Below, piece by piece: positions 14,301 through 28,160 of a stretch of 64,000 nt of DNA. The stretch comes from Azolla caroliniana (taxonomy: Eukaryota > Plantae > Polypodiophyta). Below the pieces are notes generated by a model. It saw only the letters and a list, made by a program, of their open reading frames with translations, did not search any database and was not told the DNA's origin. Within the stretch, counting starts at the first letter, position 1; every line of letters begins with the position of its first letter. Both the position numbers and the translations under genes were made by a program. Location of the stretch: positions 17,298,001 through 17,362,000 of the forward strand of contig JBHGNT010000007.1 of assembly GCA_043228905.1 (NCBI GenBank), written 5' to 3'.

Positions 14301-14620
14301 CTGAATTTTTTACAATCGCTTTTCAACATGATTATGAAGAATCAAAACATTTGTTCCAAGAGTTGGGAATTCTCCTCAATCAAATAATCCCAGAAATGTG
14401 TTTCATCAGCATTCTACAATTACACAAATTATCTAGCCAAAACTATATGTGCACCTAACATATATGCCTTTATAAATATAAAAAAACTTTAATCCATATT
14501 GATCCACCCAAAAACATTGACTAAATTAGATCAGGATTGGGAAGGAATACATCCGCAAAGGGTGTATACCTTGCAGTATTTTGCAAAGGTCTCTGAACAA
14601 ATACCTAAGCAAAGTTTTTT

Positions 14621-15611
14621 TCAATACTTTTGCTTGGTGTGTAAAATCTTCATATTCCTTAATGCATCTTTATGAGACCTCTTAAATATTTCTTTCACAG
14701 CTTTCTTTGCCTCTAACCACTCTTGCTCCGACGTATCTGATTTCATGAAAGGACATACCTTTGCACTAGTCACCATAAGAAGAAGCGAAGAATGTGTTTG
14801 TTGTTCTTTTTCCTTCTGGATTCTCGTTGTTTGAGGAGGATTTACCTTTTCTGCCTTGGTTTGCTTCTCCTTTACAATATTGGGTTCATCCTTAAGAGAT
14901 TCTGAAGAATCCATCTCAGTACATATTTTGTTGGTGGTATTGATAACGGGTTTTCTAGACTGATTTGACAAAGGTAGCGTTGAAGAACACCCATTAATCC
15001 AAGAGTTTACATTATTGCTCAACTTGGTGTTATTCACTTGCAACCCATCTTTTGTATCATCATCATCGACAACAACTCCGACAGAGTTGGTATTATAATG
15101 CGAAGAGAGATTCTGGCCTAACACACTGCTCAAACTGAAAGAAATACGCCCTGTTTGCCCAACAAGTGATTTCCACGATGCTTTTTGAACCCAGTTTGTA
15201 GATGCCGAAGCATCATTCTGCTCATTCTCTCTGCTTCTCGTTTTTGCATCATTGTTTTCATCTCTGTCATGTTGTATCTCAATGTTTGATTGCAAGTCAA
15301 AATTTACCTTTCTTTTTCTTTCACTTCTTGCGCACTCTTGTGCCTCCCCTGTAGATTCTCTTACAATCTTTGGTTGTGGAGGATCTTGAGACCGCTCTGT
15401 ACTTCTGATCTCCATCTCTTCATCTGTGACGCTCGCTAATTTCATCTCTTTAGAGACCTTGTTTTTCTTTCGTAATCGCTTCGATTTTTCTTTTTCATTC
15501 ATTTGGGACTCCATCTCAGATTCCGTGCTTCTCTTTCTTTGTGATTCCTTAGTAAATTGATCGTTCTTGTGTGAATCTTTTGCCACTATTCCTGTGCTTT
15601 CTTGTTCATAC
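14621..15611 (-). CDS. ROS3: ROS3-like protein, large terminal exon
   Basis: The ORF carries two blocks I recall from the ROS3 C-terminus: WVQKASWKSLV..SFSL and CPFMKS.TS.QEW.EAKKA. Acceptor ctcag at 15612-15616. The upstream RRM exons could not be found. Confidence 0.6.
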
Positions 15612-18600
15612 CTGAGTGCCAAGAAAATAACTGATCAGAAATGATTCTGAGTCAACCAAGGAAAAACTCGCAGCCACAACCAAAGCAATAAACGGAATAC
15701 TAGGAAGACTAAAAATTAGGGTGAACACGTGGTGCTAATTCATAATGACATACTTTTTATGTGCAACATAGCATGAGTTCTTTATTGCTACAATAATAGA
15801 TTAGGAAAAAAAACAAAAAAAACATTTACAGAAACGGGAAAATGACAAAAGAAGAATTTAAAAAGGGAAAACGTTTTGCTTTACCATATCACCAGCATGA
15901 CAAATGTATTGCTTGAAAACCGCATTAAAAAAACAAAGAGAATGCCTGAAAGAATGGTAAAAGAAAAGTAAAAATAGGAAGAACCATTAAACATTATAGC
16001 AGATGAGGGAGATAGAAACACATTACAAAAACTATCAGTTGGATTGCCCAATCCTAGAAGTGCTTCATAAAAGCATTCAAAAAACCAAGAGAATGCCAAA
16101 AGAATGGGAAAAGAGAAGTAAAAAAGGGAAGAACACTAATCTATAGTAGATGAAAAATAAATGAAGAGACAGTAACAAATTTGCAAAAAACCATCAGTTG
16201 GATCTCCTGACTCTAGCACAGTTTGGAGAAAGGAGGCACCATCCATATTCACATTATAATGAACACATATGTGCAAAATAATCGATGATGAGGTAAAAAC
16301 ATAAAGTACATCTATCTTTATAAACATGTTTTTCCTCAAGACAATGAGGCATTAAAGAGGCACATTAGAAAATAAGAGTTGAACGAAATCAGACGCAAAA
16401 CCCATCAAGAGGCCAAATTACTTGATGCAGGCGGATTTACAAGGTCAATATTTGATGTTAACACTAAAATACAAATTAGTGACATCATCTCCATTATTCC
16501 AATTGTATCATTCACTTTGCATTTACCTCTTGCATTTGAGTCAAATGTTTGTCACCATCATTCTTTATTCTATTATGGAACCAACGTTTTTTTAGCCCAC
16601 AATTTCCTGTCTGGACCTCTTTATACTTCCATTAAATATCCATTCAACAGTATCGCTTAGTAAATGCCTTAAGACAGAAACACAAGTTAACTTCGTCGAT
16701 TTCTTAGCGAACACAGAAAGATTCTATCCAGGTGGATGAATAGATTGACTTCTAAACAACAACATTCAGTGGCGGTTGCCATAAAAAGGGCTCATATTTT
16801 AGCATTACCGCCCTTCTTGAACAGCGAAAACTAGACCCTTTTCTTTTGATTAGGAATGAACCATTCCAATATATCTTTCGCCTCTCTGAGAGAAATCATC
16901 CGGAGAGGCTTATAAAAACCAATCGGCGTACCTCGTTATTTACAGCCTGTACAATCCTAGAGAAGCAATAGGCATCTGGAGTAGCTATCTGCATGGATGT
17001 TTTGCAGTTCGAATAAACTCGATTCTCAGACAAGCCTTTACATTATACAGCCTATGACTACCTCTTAATACTTAGTTTAAAATAAGTGGTAAACACTATC
17101 ATGGGAAGTCAAAGTCTTGTCTTCATGTAGCCAAAACACTTCAGTTTTTTTAAGGGCTATTCATACCTAGTTGAAAAAAATCCACAACACTAGAAACCTT
17201 GGTGAAGAATTAACCTTGTTCTTGGTTGTGAACAAGTTCTACAGATTGGCCTACCTCTTCACCTTGAGGAAGATACGAGTAAGTGTTAGCACAATATGAG
17301 ATATGCTTAGGCTCACCTTCCATAACCCAGTTTATAGTTTTGTTACATTATCTTGGCTTGGCTTTTTATAAGTCAATCAAATATCTAATATCATTTGATC
17401 AACACTATCATGCAGTCCAAAAGTTTCGTTCAAAGTCTTTATACCTAATGAAAACATACGTTTAGGGAGTGAGAGTAAAGAAAGAAGCAACATGCATCGG
17501 CAAAACTTTTGGTTAATTGACAATAGGGTGAATTGCCATGCATAACATGAACTGCGTCACTACAGGATCATAGCATATGTTCGTTGTTGAGAGAAAAAGG
17601 ATAACTCGAAAAATATGAGGTAGAAACCTGTAGCTAATGTATCATACCACTTTTGTCTTTCTTAAAGAAATAAGGCATAGAAGAATGATTGAAACATCAA
17701 CTGAGGAATTTATCACTATGTAATCTCTCTGTGTTTGAAGAGAATATTATTGCCATTCAAGGAAAATCTTCAATTCTAAATATCTCAAAAGTTGCATCTT
17801 TTTTTTTTTTTTCTATCTTCAAGTTCACAAGAAAAACATGATTTTTCTGAGTGTGAAAAACCCTGGGTTTTGTATTTTCTTGAACAATGTGCACATTCCA
17901 AAGGATGCCAAGCAGGAGGCTAATCCAAAGAAAAATCGAAACATCCGATCCTCGTTCGTAGGGGAGACTGGAAAGAAACTGATTAGCTGAAAATTACTAA
18001 ACAGGAAATAAGTATGAGAGATAATGAAAGGTACATGGAGATAGCCATTCTGTCTTCGTTTTCGAAATAGAAGAGAAGGCATTATGTTGGGTGCCCAAAG
18101 CAGATGTTTCCCTTATTTAACGCAGATAAAACCAGAGATTGAGAGAGATTGAGAGAGAGAGACTTACCAGGAAAAAGGAAGATTACTCAAGAATCACACC
18201 ATGAGGTCTTGAAGAAGACAGATAAATAGATAGATAGATACATGTGGAGAGAGACAGAAACAGAGGTGGAAGGATCTGAAATTCGCCCACAAAGCCAACC
18301 CCACCAATACATATACATATACATATAACTCATCCCAATCTTCGGTCATTCATTCATTCATTCATGAAATTCGCCCACAAAGTCCCCAACCCCCCCCCTC
18401 TCCAATAGCTCATTCCCAATCTTCTTTCATTCATTCATTCATTGGAAACCCTCGGAAAAACTAACCGTTGAACCGTCTGTCCGCCCCTACATGAAGTATG
18501 TGCCAATAAAATAGCTCATCCCAATCTTCGTTCATTCATACATTTGAAGCCTTTGGAAAAAACTAACCGTCTGCCCCCACAGGAAGTATGTGCCAGTAAT

Positions 18601-18730
18601 CACCCCTCCCAAGGCTAGACGAACTCCTTCTAAGATGGTTGACAACCCTAGAGGAGGTAGACTTCCTAGCTCACATTCAAATTGTATGAACAAGGGTCAC
18701 ACACTCTATTGTGTGTCGGTGACCCCAAAC

Positions 18731-18731
18731 A

Positions 18732-18770
<39 letters not shown>

Positions 18771-18990
18771 TTATATTAACGTCTTCTAAGGCCAAAATTG
18801 GCCCATGAGACACTTGGTTTACAACAAGAATGGGTATTTATCCAATCATCAAAACTAAAATAAAAGTAAAGTAAAAATAGCTTAAGCTAAAAGAGTTCTA
18901 GTCGTGTACAAAACATAGTATACTTGATAAAAAAGAGAAACACTAGCACTTGGCAGAACACATTACGGCCCAGCTCAAACAAAAGAGATC
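18731..18990 (-). mobile_element. short 5'-truncated LINE 3' end with (CTTT)n tail
   Basis: Same 3' hairpin, AGAAGACGTTAATATA motif and microsatellite tail as the adjacent LINE. Confidence 0.6.
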
Positions 18991-19000
18991 AACCTAGGAG

Positions 19001-22000
19001 AGAAAGAAAGAAAGAAAGAAAGATATATTAACGTCTTTTAAGAGGCCAAAATGGCCTATAAGACCAAACAAGAGATTACATCTTAAGTCTCGTCTCGTCT
19101 TTGAGAACAACAAATAAAAAAAGAGAGTAAATAATACTCCGTAAATATAAAAGTATATAAGATAAAAAGAGACTAGGGAATCTGGTTTTCGGCACATGTG
19201 AGATTCTCAAGTTAGATATATTGTAGCTTTTGTCCTCGAAAGATCTCAAGCATAGATCGATCTAGAATGGTGATGTTTCCAAACCGAGGGAAGCACCTAC
19301 GATGGCGGGAGATAATGGCTTTTATCTGTCGATGACAAGGGTGTCGAGGTCGTGGTCCATGGGGCCGGGACCTACGTGCACGGAAAATTGCTATTGCCTG
19401 ATCAATTGTAACCCCTTTGTGTGTATCTAGTGATTGCCTTGTAAAATTAGGAGTGATGGGGCTAAAGAAAGTTGTGACTGTTCTTTGTGAATGAACTTGT
19501 GTGGTTGTATTCTTCAACAACTTTTCCCGATGTCTCTTGAGCTCTAGCAAGAAAAGTCTTAGGCATAGTTGGTCCTCATATTCCATTACCTTGCGTAGTG
19601 GGCCAAAGCCTTGTTTAAAGAGGCAATGGTATCTCCCTCTGATTTCATAAAAGACACTACAGTGACAAACATAGTGTTCTTTGGATTCCACTCCTTTATG
19701 ACACAATTGGCAAATTCTCTCTTCTAGAGGAAGTCGTGTATATCCGCCTACCTCAATCTGTAACTGATGTGATGAAGTTTGCAGCTACCCTATCACACTA
19801 CGCAACACATAGGATAGATGTATGTCCATATAAGGTGGCCTAATGATGAATTCATCCTCCGACGTGTGTGAGAAGTGTATCTTATAGTGGGCCATCTTTG
19901 TACCAAGTGGTATTTTGGGGCTAATCCATGTTATATTGTTTTCCAAGTTAATAATATCAGTTCGGATCACTCCATTCTTTTCCACTCTGGTTATATTTAA
20001 ATGGGGACAGTCCAAGCTATATTGGAACGGGGGTAGTGCATTTATACTCATGTCATGTGACTCGAACCATTGTTGTATTTCAGCATACCAACAATGAGTG
20101 TCTCCATTTTCAGCCAGTTGTCTTGATGACATAAGTGCCAACCTTGGGTACCTTCGTTTAGGGAGCTCCCAAAGACATTGGATAAATGTCACTAATCGGA
20201 AAAATGCCTCGGTTATTATAGGTGCCGCTCCCATCTCTGTTCGGATTATATCGTGGGGCACCGATGCTTTGCTCCTTATCATGCGAGCAATCATTCACAC
20301 TAAAGGTCTCTCTAAATCTTTCCAATGATTTTCCTTGTTAAGACCCGGTCCCCATGTTTCTACTCCATAGAGAAGAGTTGGTGGGACAAGTGTATCAAAT
20401 AACCACAGCTTAGTTCGTGGCTCTTGGAATTGCAAATGTGCACATTATCTCTCGAGAGCACCAAGGGCTGCATACCCACGAGAAAGTCGGGCACAAACAG
20501 CCTCATGTAAGGAGAACCTAGGCCCTGTAAATGTTACTCCTCGGTATGTGTAGGAGCATGTGTATTCCACCTTTTCCTCTCCCAAGAAGAGTCTGGTTCT
20601 GATCTTGTTACCCATACTTGAGTGGTGTTAAACACCATCACTTTAGTTTTATCCATGTTGATTGACAAACCTTTGTCCGTACAAAATAGTTTAAAGGCAT
20701 TTAGATGTCTTTGTAGTCCCTCCGGAGAGTCAGAAATCAGGACAATATCGTCAATATATAGTAATATTTGTATAGCTATACCTGCTAGGCATGTTCCCAA
20801 ATCTCTCTATGTAATGTGATACCTCATCTATATAGAGACCGAAGAGAGTGGGTGATAGTGGGCATCCTTGCTTCACTTCGATAGTGCTAGGCACCGCCTC
20901 TGACAAACCCTTGGAAGACCGCACTTTTCCTGACAGGGATTCATAGAGTGCATAGATTCCGCATTGCATATCTGTAGGAACACCAAGGGCTTCTAGCCGC
21001 TGCATAGGCCGGGCACATGGCACAGTGTCAAAGGCTTTTTAGAAATCCACAAAGCAGCAATAAATCCTCTTATTATGGGCTTTGCCCTCCTCAATAAGGG
21101 CCCGAAGGGTGAATATGTGATCCAAATGTTTGAACTCCTTCTGAAAGCCTACCTGTCCAACTAAATGGCAACCATTCCGCTTTGCCCATATACTCAATTC
21201 TGATTCTAGAATCGAGCCATAAAGTTTAGCCAAGTAATGGCCAATCATGATTGTCCTATTGTTGGTTGGCATCATGGGGTCTCCACTCTTGAGGATTGGC
21301 ACAATGGTATGTTGGGTTCATCTAGTAGGGAAACCTTTAGACATGGCTCTATTAAATATGTGTGCTAGCAATGGGAGCAAGGTGTCACAGGGATAGATAA
21401 AGTGCTCACCCACCAATCCATGATGATCTTGGGCCTTCCCAAATTGTAGCCGATCAATGGCTTTTCTTACATTTTGTGGAGTAAAAAAGGTTGATTCATT
21501 TGGGCATGAGCTATGTGGGTGGCGAAGAGGAGGTTGCCTCGGGATATCATATAGAACCTTTGCATATTCATGCCATACCTAAGGTGAGGTTAGTTGTGTG
21601 GTAGGTTGCCTCTCATTAAACATTTTCCATGCTCTTTTACTTTCTTGTCCTAGAAACAAGCGATACAAATGATCTTCAAATTTAGCCAGATACAATCTCT
21701 TCTTCTTCCTTACGAGGTGTTACAAGGTTGCTCTCTCTTGTTTGTGGGTATAAATGCCCCGAGTTACATCACGTTGCAAGCATCTCCTTGTATCACGACA
21801 TTCCCCATCATACCAACTATTTTGTATTACTCTACCAAGTTTGGGGGGATTGGCTGTTTTGTGAGGAAAGGCATTGTGGCTGCTTTCTGCAATGATTTTG
21901 ACAATCCTTGGGTAAGTTCTTCAAGGGGTGCGAAAGGATCCAAATCGAGCATGCCATTGTATACACCACAACTATATACATCAATTGTCTCGCGAGTAAA

Positions 22001-24190
22001 TAGATACTTAGCTAGCCCACTCTCCTTAGCATACATCCTTTGTGCTTCCATCCTTTACCTCAAAGCATAGATATGCATGATCTGCTACCAAGCCAATAGG
22101 TCTACCTGATATAGTGAACTCTTTTATTTCAGGTATAAGAGATGGAGATCCCATTAGATAATCGACTGTGCTTGCACCTCCTTTTGGGTTCCAACATGTC
22201 AAAGCATTTGATCCAGGCCATTGTGACAGGCCATTATATATCACAAATCCATGCGCACTTCCCAAGGCTAGAAAGTGTTTCCCATATTCAGTTATAACAC
22301 TCATATCTTGAGCTTTTAGACCAACCCCTTCTTCCATAACTTCTCCATAAACAGCTTCGTTGGTGTTAAACATAATTGTTTGGTCATCCTTGGTTCGCGC
22401 ATTAAAATCTCCTAATAGTATTATGTCCCCCATAGTAGCAAATCTTATGATATCATCATATAATGGTAGATATGGTGATTCACCTAGAGGTGCAAACCTT
22501 GAGTAGGTAGGTGGAAAGTAGAAAATTGCAATATATAGCTCCCTAAGATCCCCTCTTTTGATTCGTATCCACATGTAGCGTGCATCTACATCCTTATGGA
22601 CAACATGCACTCTATCATGGAGCTCCTTTTGGTATAGCAAAGTCACTCCTCCCGAACCTCTAGTGCTTCCTGGTGTCCGAGGTTGGGGACGGCATATTGA
22701 CTCTAATCTATATCCTCGTACCTCAGGGAGTTTGCTAGTCATGCATTGGTGGGTCTCTGTATACATACCAATATCTGTGTTTTTGAAGGTATCTTCAAAA
22801 TATCCAACATCTGTCCGTAGAGAGCCATTGCAATTCCATATAGTCATGTGTAGGGTCTCATAGGCCATATATCGTCATGCGGTTCTCTTCTCCGTAATAA
22901 TGACCTTGCCATCTCATATATATGGCCCATTTTCCTTCCTTTCTTGCATCAAGCACTCGTGGCATGTTTTCTTTGCGGTGTACCACTTGGGTTGGAGTGA
23001 GATCGTCATCTAAGTATATTTTTTCACCCTTGAGTGCCTTTCTTTTAGAGAGGAAAGCTTTTTTCTTGTCAATGTCCATGAAGCGGATGATAAGGGTTTT
23101 GGCTCTAGACTCATCTGCTCCCACCCTCCACGCTGAAGCAAATGGAATATCTGATGCCCCAATCTTTGTTCCAGGATTCTTGGCATCGTCTTGTGGGCTT
23201 CCTTTTTCGTCGCAACCAACTACTCATACATGCAACGCACGAGCTTTCCTCTTGGCTTCTTCTTCTAATGTAGCATTCATCATTTCCATCCTATCCATGG
23301 ATGTTCCTTTTTGTTTTTTCAGCTTGAGCTTTGGCATCTTTGGCCATGTCTGCCCATGTTTGCATTTCCTTAGTGACATTGGCTTTCATTGTAGAGATGC
23401 GTCTTTCCACTGCTTTTTGTCCTTTTTCTAAATCCACTTTTATAGATCCTAACTCAACCTTACTTGAGGATATTTCATCCTTACGGTATTGTGTCATGTC
23501 ATCCTTGAGCACTAAGTGTGATTTCTTCACATGACTTATTATGTCTTTTCGCATCTCTTCTAATAACTTGGTCTTGAGAGAGGCATACAACTCTGTTTTT
23601 TGTTTCTTTATCTCCTTTTTCATCTCTTCTTTTAGTGCTATTTCTATATCCTATCTAATAAGATTGATCTCTTGCATAATCAAATGGCGTAATAGATCAT
23701 GTTTCCCATTTTTGACATCAAATGGAATGTCGAATGGGGCCTGTGTTCTGGGTGTCGTGTGCGCCCTTCTAACGCTATTCGGGGTGCTTCCAACCCGTCC
23801 TTTTTGTCTATGGTATCTTCTTGGGGTCTTCCATGGATCTGGACCCTCTTCGTGCGTGTTAAGATCCATATTTTCATTTTCTGTCCATTTAGACTCCATG
23901 GTGTCTTAGGACACCAAGTATAGGGTATGAACTACTGAGGGGATATAGGGAACAATATAGATTCCAAGAATTCTTACTGGGCAGAAAACACAGAGGATCA
24001 GACTTGGCAGAAAATGCAGGGAATCAGATTTGGCAAAACACGTAGAGGATCAGACATTGCCGAAAACACAAACAGACATTGCAATTGTTCAATTCAGAGG
24101 ATCAGAGATTGCAGAAAATGCATGCATCTATGGCCATCAAAAAACGCAGGCAACTATGACATTGCAGAAAATGCAGGCCCATATTCATCA
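19001..24190 (-). mobile_element. near full-length decayed LINE, L2/CR1-group-like (ORF1 and APE-RT ORF2)
   Basis: ORF1 pieces 22858-23899 (coiled coil, KGEKIYLDDDLT). Endonuclease 22026-22868 (WNCNG, TETH, GDFNART, VDY, DH). RT pieces (FVDF, KQGCPLSPTLFGLYID, LLYIDD). (CTTT)n tail at 19001-19022. Confidence 0.92.
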
Positions 24191-24409
24191 TAGTTGATCT
24201 AACATAAGAGGCATACGTAGAAGCAGTAACCCAACTTATCCAAGATTTCTAAAGATGTGTTGCATGGAGTAATGAAGACATGAAAGGCATACCCCTAGAG
24301 GCAGTATACCATACGATACTCATGCGGATTGACACAAGGCTGGTAAATACAATGACCTTGCCCAATCAACCCAAATTATTCTCAGCATGTCAAAGCTAAA
24401 ATCACGAAA

Positions 24410-24600
24410 ATGCTATTTGTTGGCATAATATACCCCATTGAAAGAGCCATGTGGGTATCTCCAATAGTCATCGCCTAAAAAAGAATGACACGATTTGAAT
24501 ATTCGCATTGGACTATTGATGGGTTGACAAAGCCACCATTCATGAGAATTACCTTATTCTTGACATTCAACATCCTTTGTCAATGGGGGTTTTTGGTTAT
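24410..24600 (+). pseudogene. Ty3/gypsy RT N-terminal relic (a second copy lies near 25345-25500)
   Basis: Translates as GIIYPIERAMWVSPIVIA*KKND...DY..VDKATIHENY. Confidence 0.6.
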
Positions 24601-26664
24601 AACATATAACATTGTCCTCCTCAATTCATGATTGGGGTTTATGAGTCTCATCAATTGGGCTTATGATTGTAACAGTTCATTGTTGGGGATCCAATGTGGG
24701 ATTAGAACCTTCAAACCTACCCATTAGAGACATTCTCGATTCATAAATGGGGTTTATGAATTTCAACCTTGCAACAAAATTGAGTTCAAGGTGGGATTGA
24801 ATCTTCAAACCCACCCATAAATTATAACGAACCTCCTCTATTCATAAACGGGGTTTATGAACCTCATCCGCGGGGCTTGTTTGATTGTAACGAGTCTGAA
24901 ATAGTTGCTTTTAGCTTAATGTAACCATTCACTAACCACCTTGGCTTAAAACTCACCAAAATTGTTCTTGCTATCCTTGAGCTTTTTCTGATTGTTATGC
25001 CTTGGTGTAACATTAAGGATTCTGATTCTGATCATCCATCCCTAGAACTTGGTTGACTTTCTTGGAGTGCTTCCCTTTGTAATTTTTGTGGCTGCAGTGA
25101 TATGGAATTGAATAGCAACCTCCACTTATTATATATACACATATGCCATAATTAAATCTTAGGATTATTGACAAGAAAGTAGGGAAAGAGAAGAAATGAA
25201 GAGAAAAACAGAGGACAAATCACATTCAAAGAGCAAGAACGAACATAGTACAACTTCCTTCATGCCGGATACATGGAATAATTAACTTGTGACATATAAA
25301 AACTATAATAAATTTAATCAGATGTTTACTTAAATAGCTACTTAGATTGAAAGAACCACGTGGGTATCTCCGGCAATGATGGCCCCAAAAAAAGAACGAC
25401 AAGATTTGAATATCCATGGATTATTGATAGGTTGACAAAGCCACCATTCACGAGAATTGCCCTATTCCTGACATGAACATCCTTTGTCAATCAAGGTTTT
25501 TTTTGTCATAACATCGTCAACATGTTCGCATTCACAAGTGGAAGGATCACGCATTCCACTTTTAGATTCCTTCTACAATGATGTAAATATAGTCGATGTA
25601 CAAAAACTAGATACACCAGTATCACGTCTTATTCAATCTAGTTAATGTTTTTTATATTTACTTGCCATAACCGCTAAGATAGATGTGTGCTAGTTGTAGA
25701 ATGATTTTAATCTTGGAGTTACTCAAAACGAAATGATCTTAAATCAACGATTAACTGAAATGGGAATGTATTTGGAGAAGTTGGTTGGGGGTTGGTTGAG
25801 TCTTACATAAATGTCTTGATTGAGAATATTTTCAGAGTGGAAGATATGAATAATCAAATGTGATTAATAGTTTCACCTAGTGCATTTGAGAAGTCGTAAA
25901 TTTCTCAAATTGTTAGTTAATTTCATATACATTTATAAAAAAGGATAGTTCTCGATGAAACCTAAATATAAAATGTAGTTATATCTTAACATATGGCACC
26001 ATATGGTATTAGCATTTGATATCCGAACTACAAAATCATGATGAGTTTTGGGTGCATGCATGTAACTTGATATCTATAGTAACCGATATTGAGTTGGAGG
26101 ATGTAATCCATGGTGGTTATATGATAAAGTTTAAGTTCCTTGAATAATACTTGTGGTTCTTAAACATCGCAAGCTCCTCTTTACCTTTTGCTCTATGTGC
26201 GTGACTAACCTTAGGCTAAATTTTATTGGGTAAACTTTGAAGAGACCAACAAACAATGTAACTATCTAAATCTCTTTGGTGATCAAAATCATCCATACGA
26301 AGGCAATATACAATGGTGGTAAGAAGAAATATCATGTGCATTAAACATGGATTAAAGACCTGGAGCAACATTATTGTATTACATTACAATGTGTAATTGA
26401 CAACCGTCCAAAATTATCAAAACATTCGTAATCCGTAAATGTGTATCAATATTCAAATACCAAACCATTGGTAATGTATAGCCTAGAAGAAAACTTACTA
26501 TGACGAGTTTCAACATTATATACCATTTTGCCATTGAAACGTATAAAAAGAATAAAAAGAAAGAATTTCTCAAATAATTGAATAAAACCACTACATTAAA
26601 GGAGTTTGATACATTATAATATGTTCAAATGATTTTACAAAAAAGAAGGGTGGCATTACATAAT

Positions 26665-28160
26665 CTACATGGCAATCAAGGTATCTTCATCATTCTCCTC
26701 GTCGTTGTTATTAGGACTCTCAACCAAATCCTGTGTATTGGTATTCACTCAAGATAGGTTGGGAATGGTGGGGTCCTCTAAAAGTTCATCATTGAGCTCA
26801 ATAAGCTCCCCAGGCTCCCCATCCAATGGAGGAATTGGCTCACGACAAGTAGTTTGAAAATGTTCGGTATCCGCGATGTGCTTTGCCCCAACCTCCTCAT
26901 CTTGATTTGGGCATTCCCACAACGCTTTGACTTGTTCTTCGTCCTTTTCCAATGCAACAAAATTGCGAAAGAGTTTCAACGCACATGCTGATGTTGTACC
27001 TATTACATAGTAAAGATATGACTTAGGTTCATAAGAAGTTTCGACTATCCTATACAACAACGATCAATAAAAATAAGCTGAACATACATGTGCCAGAGAA
27101 TAAGTCCAATATCCAATCCCCTTCACTTCAAAACATCTTGATGAGGCGCATTTGCATACGTTGGGGCTTTTGGTAAGGATTGACAAGACCACGTTCTGTT
27201 GTGGTAACATGTCTCAACTTACGAGTCACTGCAGGATACACAAGCAGATTAGAACCCCCAACCTCATTCGAATGCTCCTTTATCCATTATTTTCGTATTT
27301 CATCGAAATAGCCAACAGTGATGTATTCAATTGCATTGACGAACCGAAAGGTCGGTCCTCTGTTCACGTTGGTCTTAATCTTGCCACATAAAGTTATAAT
27401 CCAAAAACTATTATGAATTGAATGAAAACGATCGAAAAGCCAATAATAAATCTTGAACAATGCAAATAAAAATCTTACCAAGTGAGGTTCTCGATATCAT
27501 GGCATTGCGATCTCAAGGCTTACGCCACAGAATATCCTTGATCCATCGAATGAAACACGACGATCTGCCACAAGGATGTTGTGGTCAATTCTGTGAAGTT
27601 CTTGACCATTTTCTCTAATTGATTGAACTGAAACGGTTCATCATCGTACGATGATCCTACCATACAAAAGCCGTATGGTATGTCCGTGATCTAGAGTGTG
27701 TACTCTTTCTTCCGCAACTTTAGGACCATCTTTGCCACATCACCACAATAGACGTTGGAGTATAAATCTCTGGTGATATCTTTCTTGTGGCTAAATTTTT
27801 TGAAGAGGCTGTCATCTTCAAGGTCATATGCCTTTATAAGGTGCTGATCCTTTTCCTTCCGGGCCCTCTCCAAATGTGTGAGAAAGGATGTTGGAAAGTC
27901 GTGAATGTCTTTAACTTCACTAGGCGTTTTGCTGCGACATGGTTTCTACATATAGCAAGCAATATAAAGATTAGTTACATAATATCGTTACCATACAATC
28001 TACTAAAATGAAAAATAAGTGTGAAGACTTACCCAATCCTTAAACACTATAAAATATTCCGACAAAGCATTGTACGAAGATGTTGTCGTCTAATCCTCGG
28101 TCACTTGATCCCAAGATAATCAACCCAGTTGTTTCATCGTCACCTCTTGGATTTTCATAT
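26665..28160 (-). pseudogene. 3' half of a ParB-fused beta-class amino DNA methyltransferase gene (N6_N4_Mtase type); exons 28155-28033, 27945-27479, 27380-27088, 26999-26665
   Basis: Spliced translation includes VYCGDVAKMVLKLRKKEYTL*ITDIPYG (motif IV, DIPY at 27684-27673), LTW|IKTN, NPYQKPQRMQMRLIKMF*SEGDWILDLFSGT(C)TTSACALKLFRNFVALEKDEEQV (motifs X, I, II). Introns are 87, 98 and 88 nt; one acceptor has decayed AG>AA. Several in-frame stops. Confidence 0.88.

Noticed and set aside
26749-27060. ORF first read as a hAT transposase C-terminus
   Set aside because: Its first 20 codons are intron. The rest is the post-motif-I part of the methyltransferase.
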